The position numbers and the translations under genes are program-made. The notes below the pieces were generated by a model. That model searched no databases, had not been told where the DNA came from, and saw only the letters and a list, made by a program, of their open reading frames with translations. Of a stretch of 64,000 nt of DNA, positions 58,893 to 64,000 are shown piece after piece. Source of the stretch: Spirochaetia bacterium (GTDB lineage Bacteria; Spirochaetota; Spirochaetia; SP-2023); the NCBI GenBank assembly GCA_965225855.1, contig CBDDCK010000005.1, forward strand, positions 1,728,001-1,792,000, in the 5' to 3' direction. Numbering within the stretch: position 1 is the stretch's first letter; each line of letters starts with the position of its first letter.

Positions 58893-60821
58893 TTAAGCAC
58901 AAGTTTTAGCTGCGTAAAAACGGTTGTAACAAGCAATCACAGCTAAAAAATTCGCCATAGTTGTGTCTGTATCACGGCCAATTCCCCAAAATAAATGACG
59001 CTCATCTTGATGTTCCAAAGCGACAAAAGTGCAAGCCTCACTATCCTCGCCAGATTGTACCGCCTGTTCACTGTACGAAGACAGTTTCAGCTTAGCTGCG
59101 TGTGGTAATTCTTCTTTCATACAATGAAGCAAAGCATCTATCGGGCCGTTACCTACACCGCGGAGCTGGTTCTGTTGTGAAAATGCAATAAAATCAGCAT
59201 TAAAGCCAAAGCGAAATAAACATTCTGTATGTTGTTTTTCCATATTGTAGTTGCTTTGGTAACTAAGAATGCGCAAGGGCTCACTAATATTTACATAAAG
59301 ATTATGGAAATGTTGGTATACCTCGCTTTTTTTCAATTCTCGCCCTAATGCGTCCATAACCTTGGTAAAATCTCTGCTCAATTCTGGCCCCATCAGTTTC
59401 GGTATAATAATGCCAAATTCAGCCTGTAAAATATAAGCTAAACCACCTTTACCACTTTGGCTATTGACTCGGATAATATCACTGTAAGAGCGCCCTAAAT
59501 CATGCGGGTCTATAGGTAAGTACGGCACGTCCCAAGGGATAGAATTTTCCAGCAGTGAATGTAGCGGATTTACCTCGGTTTCTACAATTTCATTTTTTTG
59601 CAGCCAATAATCTCTACACAAATCTTGAACAGCTAAGCTACGCTGATCATCTATGGAAACCGAAGGGGGCCAGATTTCATTGCTCAACTGGCGCACATGC
59701 TCACTGAAATCCGATACTTTGCCACTAATTTTTCGTTCTAAATTTCGGTATTCATCTAACACCAAAATTTTGTTTATTAAATGTTTACGTTTATCTAGGC
59801 CTTTTTTTATGGCATCTTGATGGCTACCCGAAAAAGCTGTAAAGACTAAATCCCCTGCATAAGGGTGACGTGCTGGAACAGACAAACGAGTAAATTGTTC
59901 ATACATTTCCACAATGCTTTGAAGGTTTGAAAAATCCAGCCCCGAAACCAGCCCATGGCTATCACAATTTAAGGCTAAAGTCAATAAATCGACATTACCG
60001 GTTCGCTCACCGTTGCCAAATAATGTACCTTCAATACGATTGGCACCCGCTAGTATTCCCAATTCGGCTGCGGCAACACCACAACCTCGGTCATTATGGG
60101 TATGGACACTGATACAGGTTTGCTCGGTATAAGCAAATTCACGGCAAAATAATTCTATTTGATCGGCGTAGATGTGAGGCCCAAATAGCTCCACAGTTGC
60201 CGGTAAATTGATAATTAAAGGCAAGCCACTTTTATACCATTCTTCTGCTACAGCATTACAAATTTCTATAGCAACGCGACTTTCTGTTCCCGTAAAACTT
60301 TCGGGCGAATACTCTAAAGTAATTTTGGTCCCATTGGCCGGTAAGTAAGCTAAGCCGTCCATCACCATTTTCACCCCATCTACAGCAATTTGGCGGATTT
60401 CCCGAATATTCTTACTAAAAGTAATACGCCGTTGTTGTTCTGAAGTAGAATTATATAAATGTAATATAGCTTTTGGCACAGACTCTAAAGATTTTATCGT
60501 TTTATCAATCAAATGCTTGCGGGCCTGGGTCAGCACTTGGACTTGGCAATCTGCAGGAATTTGTTGATACTCGACAAGATGCCGCAAAAAGTTATATTCT
60601 GTTTGCGAAGCTGCCGGAAAACCCACTTCAATTTCACGGAATCCAACAGCATATAATTTATCAAAAAATAAACTTTTCTCTTCTACTCCCATCGGTGATG
60701 GCAAAGCTTGGTTACCATCGCGTAAATCTACACTACACCAACGGGGAGCATTTTGTAAAATTTTGTCCGGCCAAGTTCTATTTGTTAATGAAATGGGGCG
60801 ATAAGTTTGATATTTTGCCAT
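58893..60821 (-). CDS. leuA: 2-isopropylmalate synthase (yeast/actinobacterial type)
   Basis: WCSVDLRDGNQAL, YSPESF, HTHNDRG, GNGERTGN, SGSHQDAIKKG and IRVNSQSGKGG motifs. Confidence 0.97.
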   Translation of the reverse strand: MAKYQTYRPISLTNRTWPDKILQNAPRWCSVDLRDGNQALPSPMGVEEKSLFFDKLYAVGFREIEVGFPAASQTEYNFLRHLVEYQQIPADCQVQVLTQARKHLIDKTIKSLESVPKAILHLYNSTSEQQRRITFSKNIREIRQIAVDGVKMVMDGLAYLPANGTKITLEYSPESFTGTESRVAIEICNAVAEEWYKSGLPLIINLPATVELFGPHIYADQIELFCREFAYTEQTCISVHTHNDRGCGVAAAELGILAGANRIEGTLFGNGERTGNVDLLTLALNCDSHGLVSGLDFSNLQSIVEMYEQFTRLSVPARHPYAGDLVFTAFSGSHQDAIKKGLDKRKHLINKILVLDEYRNLERKISGKVSDFSEHVRQLSNEIWPPSVSIDDQRSLAVQDLCRDYWLQKNEIVETEVNPLHSLLENSIPWDVPYLPIDPHDLGRSYSDIIRVNSQSGKGGLAYILQAEFGIIIPKLMGPELSRDFTKVMDALGRELKKSEVYQHFHNLYVNISEPLRILSYQSNYNMEKQHTECLFRFGFNADFIAFSQQNQLRGVGNGPIDALLHCMKEELPHAAKLKLSSYSEQAVQSGEDSEACTFVALEHQDERHLFWGIGRDTDTTMANFLAVIACYNRFYAAKTCA

Positions 60822-60945
60822 AATTAACCATATTAAAGAGCTGAAAAAGAAAAGTAAAGATAGACTTGAGTATTTACTTTTAAGCTGAAAACAGCAATAT
60901 CAGTTTTAAAGAAAACGATGGATATTAAATTTAAGGAAAGTTTGA

Positions 60946-61338
60946 ATGAAAGCCCTAACAATATTACTGAATATAGTTTTGATAACGCTATCTATAATTT
61001 CTTGTACAAATTCTAGGGTGGTCTCTTACAATTTATCTAAGGACGCAGAACAGTTTAAAATTAATCGGAGAATTGTATTCTACAATGGTATTACGGACAA
61101 TTATATGCTTACTATTACCGGTCTATGTGCTATCAAAAAAGATAGAAAAGATAATCAACTAGAAGTTACTTGTAAAACAGGCCCAGATGCTTATAAAAAG
61201 CATTTCTTAGGTATATCGGATAACGTAACTTATTTTGTTGAACAATTAGAATACAGCAAGGTAGATATATATCATTACAAAGTGATATTTAAACCACAGT
61301 TGATAATACCAAATATTGAGTTAAGCACAGAATACTAA
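60946..61338 (+). CDS. small lipoprotein of a family common in phages
   Basis: Lipobox IISC; SYNLSKDAEQFKINRRIVFYNGITD...VTCKTGPDAYKKHFLGISDNVTYFVEQ. Confidence 0.65.
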   Translation: MKALTILLNIVLITLSIISCTNSRVVSYNLSKDAEQFKINRRIVFYNGITDNYMLTITGLCAIKKDRKDNQLEVTCKTGPDAYKKHFLGISDNVTYFVEQLEYSKVDIYHYKVIFKPQLIIPNIELSTEY

Positions 61339-61398
61339 TTTCATAAAACAACGACTACATGCTATAAACCCAGAATATATCTGAACACTCTTATTATT

Positions 61399-61469
61399 AG
61401 CGACTGGCGGGAATCGAACCCGCGTCATTAGCTTGGAAGGCTAAGGTAATACCATTATACCACAGTCGC
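61399..61469 (-). tRNA. tRNA-Gly(TCC)
   Basis: Anticodon arm TTAGC-CT-TCC-AA-GCTAA; GTTCGATT T-loop; acceptor stem GCGACTG/CAGTCGC. Confidence 0.97.
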
Positions 61470-62254
61470 AAACGCTGGAGTATATTATATAGATTTTTTA
61501 TTTTGTGTCAACACGCGAGCGATTTTTGTATCGAGTAGTGGATATTTTATCGTATTCAATTTTGTCTATTGTGGTTGTAATTATATATTATATATCTTTT
61601 TATTAGAAGAAATTTGAAAAAGGGCCTTGTTAGCATAAAACCAACTTTTCAACGCTTATGGCTAAATTCTAGTGACAATTATTACAAGGTTCTTACAATA
61701 GATATTGTAAGGATGGAAAAACAAAGCAATTGGCAAGTAATTGCCAATATTTCATTTGTGGGCTTACTCGAGGATTTTGAAGGTGCAATCTTAGTGGCCA
61801 ACGCTTGGGTTATGAGCTTTATTATTCTACCAAGGAAGAGATGTTTTAATGTCCCTCTGTCTTTAACCAAGATATAAGTGCTTGGAATACTTCTTGCACT
61901 TATTATTGTGTTGGATTCATCAATAGAGCTTGGGCATTACATCATGCAATTATTCCTAAGTTTAGTAACTGTTGGTTCTAATTAAAGTCAGCTAACTACA
62001 GCATAACAAAGCTTTTTCGCAAAATAAAAGCTGGGGAAGCGTTTTGTTATATAAAACCAATTTTCAGTTAAAGGCTATACCAACATACACAATAGTGCTA
62101 GTGCACTCTGCAACCAATCGGTAATATGGCTTGGTGGCAAAGGCTTTTACTTTTTAGTGGTTTAGGCTACTTGTAAGTACATTGATTTTGTTATATGATT
62201 TATTGCCTTTCCATAAAACAGGTTCGATAGAATTCCAATGTAAAAATAAAATTT

Positions 62255-62869
62255 ATGGGGTTATATATGGTAAAGTATCTTTTTGGTATCGTTTTGCTGA
62301 GTGTAGTGTTATTCAGCGGTTGCCTAAGTTTAAAAATTAATTTGCTTTTACCAGATAAAGAATCTGAAAAGGGCAAATTAGAACTTGAATATCGCTTGAG
62401 TAAACCTTTACAAAATATCTCAAATTATCCAGCTCCACGCGATGATATTGCACCCATGCCCCTACCTTTATGGGAATGGGATTTCCGAGCAATTGCAGCA
62501 CAAAGCCCTAGTATTCAATTAGAATACTATTCTTTTATACCAGCTAAAAAGGTTAGGCAGGGTATTGTACGGGCTACCTTGAGCTTTGCCAGTGAAAGTG
62601 ATTTGCGTTTATTGTTGGGCCCTGAATTAAATTGGCAAAGCTCAAGGTTTGGCTGGCAGCTTTCTGCTGTCGGTATTGAAGCTGCAGATGCTAGTTATCC
62701 CCAGCTTGATGCTAGTTTAAATTCAGAGGAAATGGCCCTATTACAACAAATCTTTGCCGGTGAAACGCTGGAACTTACAGTGAAACACGGTACCGTTGAA
62801 AAAAAACAGCAGCTACAGCTTGTAGACTTTTTCAGCGGCAAGCAAAATATAAATTTGAAAATAGAATAG
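62255..62869 (+). CDS. lipoprotein, unknown function
   Basis: Lipobox LFSGC. Confidence 0.7.
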   Translation: MGLYMVKYLFGIVLLSVVLFSGCLSLKINLLLPDKESEKGKLELEYRLSKPLQNISNYPAPRDDIAPMPLPLWEWDFRAIAAQSPSIQLEYYSFIPAKKVRQGIVRATLSFASESDLRLLLGPELNWQSSRFGWQLSAVGIEAADASYPQLDASLNSEEMALLQQIFAGETLELTVKHGTVEKKQQLQLVDFFSGKQNINLKIE

Positions 62870-62897
62870 TCTAACAACAAGTTGAATAAGGAAACCA

Positions 62898-63359
62898 TTG
62901 ATGGCCGTAATATTTTGCAGCGGTTTTGATAAAAACATCTATCCCACAGTTTTTGTTGAAGGTGGAATAGACCGCAACACAGAAATTCACACCTTAACAA
63001 AAGCAGACTTACCCTTGCGTTTGCAAGAGTTGGTTGAGCTTTGTGAACAAAAAGCCAAGTCAGAAGAGCACCAAAAACAAACTATTTATCATGTAAATGA
63101 AGGCAAAGATAAGAGCCAAGCTAGTGAGTTACTGGAAAAACAGCGTTATGTTATTTTTAATGGGGAACGAAGTGCTTTAGATTCAGTGATGAAAGGTTTT
63201 AAAAAAGCCTATAAACCGGCAGCGGGATCGGTTATCTATGCCATGCTTACGCCTACAGCTAAAACATGGACACTAGAAAAATATCTAAGCGAACTTGCTC
63301 AAGAACATATAGAAATGCGCACCAATGCACAGAACATGATACATACAACAAAAAAATAG
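62898..63359 (+). CDS. DUF3783-domain protein
   Basis: C-terminal IYAMLTPTAKTWTLEKYLSELAQEH motif. Confidence 0.7.
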   Translation: MMAVIFCSGFDKNIYPTVFVEGGIDRNTEIHTLTKADLPLRLQELVELCEQKAKSEEHQKQTIYHVNEGKDKSQASELLEKQRYVIFNGERSALDSVMKGFKKAYKPAAGSVIYAMLTPTAKTWTLEKYLSELAQEHIEMRTNAQNMIHTTKK

Positions 63360-63448
63360 AGTTATTACTAAAAGTATTATCAAGAATTGGTAGAAGACCA
63401 ACAGAGCAAATAATCAACCGTTTATCAACCATTCGCTATAGAATGTAA

Positions 63449-63535
63449 CGGAGAGAGAGGGATTCGAACCCTCGGTACCATTGCTGATACAACTCCTTAG
63501 CAGGGAGCCCGATTCAACCACTCTCGCATCTCTCC
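63449..63535 (-). tRNA. tRNA-Ser(GCT)
   Basis: 87 nt with a long variable arm; anticodon loop CT-GCT-AA; GTTCGAAT T-loop. Confidence 0.96.
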
Positions 63536-63689
63536 AAGGAACTATTAAATAGTGTGGAGAACATAAAAGAATATTGATAAAGTGTCAATAAGTTAGTAAG
63601 AATAATTGTATAAAAATTGAATCTTATATTGACAGGTCTCTAACAAGGCTGTACAGTCCGTAAAAATTAAAATTTACTAGGAGTATTTT

Positions 63690-64000
63690 ATGAACAAAAT
63701 GTATGTGTTCGGACTGTTCGTCCTTATTTCACTTTTTTCTTGTGGCAAAGCAAAAGATGATGGTGCAATGACCATTCTCAATGCGATGGGCTACGGGGAT
63801 AATTCCAATCAAGAAGGTTTGAGTTGGGTACGTATCCTTCAAGAATTTGAAGAGGCCAACCCTGATACAAAAATTGAATCGGAATTGCTTTATGATGAAG
63901 CCTATCACCAGAAAGTAGTTGCCCGCCTTGCTTCAGGAGATGTACCTGATTTAGCTTATATGGGAGCCGATGCTCGTTGGGGCGCACCTTGGAAAAACGC
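63690..64000 (+). CDS. sugar ABC transporter substrate-binding lipoprotein (5' part; runs off the right edge)
   Basis: AGGAG RBS; MNKMYVFGLFVLISLFSC lipobox; FEEANPDTKIE...LASGDVPDL motif. Confidence 0.85.
   Translation, partial: MNKMYVFGLFVLISLFSCGKAKDDGAMTILNAMGYGDNSNQEGLSWVRILQEFEEANPDTKIESELLYDEAYHQKVVARLASGDVPDLAYMGADARWGAPWKN

Noticed and set aside
61614..62050. Possible chemoreceptor/sensor (Cache-TM-HAMP) remnant
   Set aside because: Only a faint NWQVIANIS..LL resemblance with multiple stops; not supportable without a search.
200..63987. Many short ORF-track entries antisense to or nested within confident genes
   Set aside because: Shadow ORFs with no RBS or motif support.

Overview
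64 kb of an AT-rich bacterial chromosome, very probably a spirochaete. The L34 protein ends in SDEKKPY like treponemal L34, many proteins carry spirochaete-style lipoprotein signal peptides, and fliL is present. The backbone is housekeeping: yidC-yidD-rnpA-rpmH, purA, aspartate kinase, argB, lepB, pspA, aminopeptidase P, miaB, moxR, trmJ, leuA, sugar-oxidation genes and tRNAs Asn, Gly and Ser. Two accessory systems stand out. (1) A three-copy family of modular surface lipoproteins built from ~120-aa repeats (4A+2B, 2A+3B, and a decayed 1A copy). The copies share a promoter with a poly-C tract inside the -35/-10 spacer and upstream G-tract clusters, and the two intact copies have VNTR linkers. 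Together this suggests an undescribed phase or antigenic variation system (inference). (2) An iron-chelate ABC operon with a predicted Fur box and a tandem array of 7 binding-protein genes (8 domains) showing shared leaders, mosaics, a fusion and a leftover gene tail. The regions around the lipoprotein genes also contain internally deleted foreign gene fragments (Mu gpF-like, HsdS, DUF1640-like), a MITE-like element, a perfect 20-bp hairpin and a non-coding array of palindromes at 23/46-bp period. A GyrI-like pseudogene lies elsewhere (~36.2-36.6 kb). All family calls come from motif recognition by eye; no database search was run.
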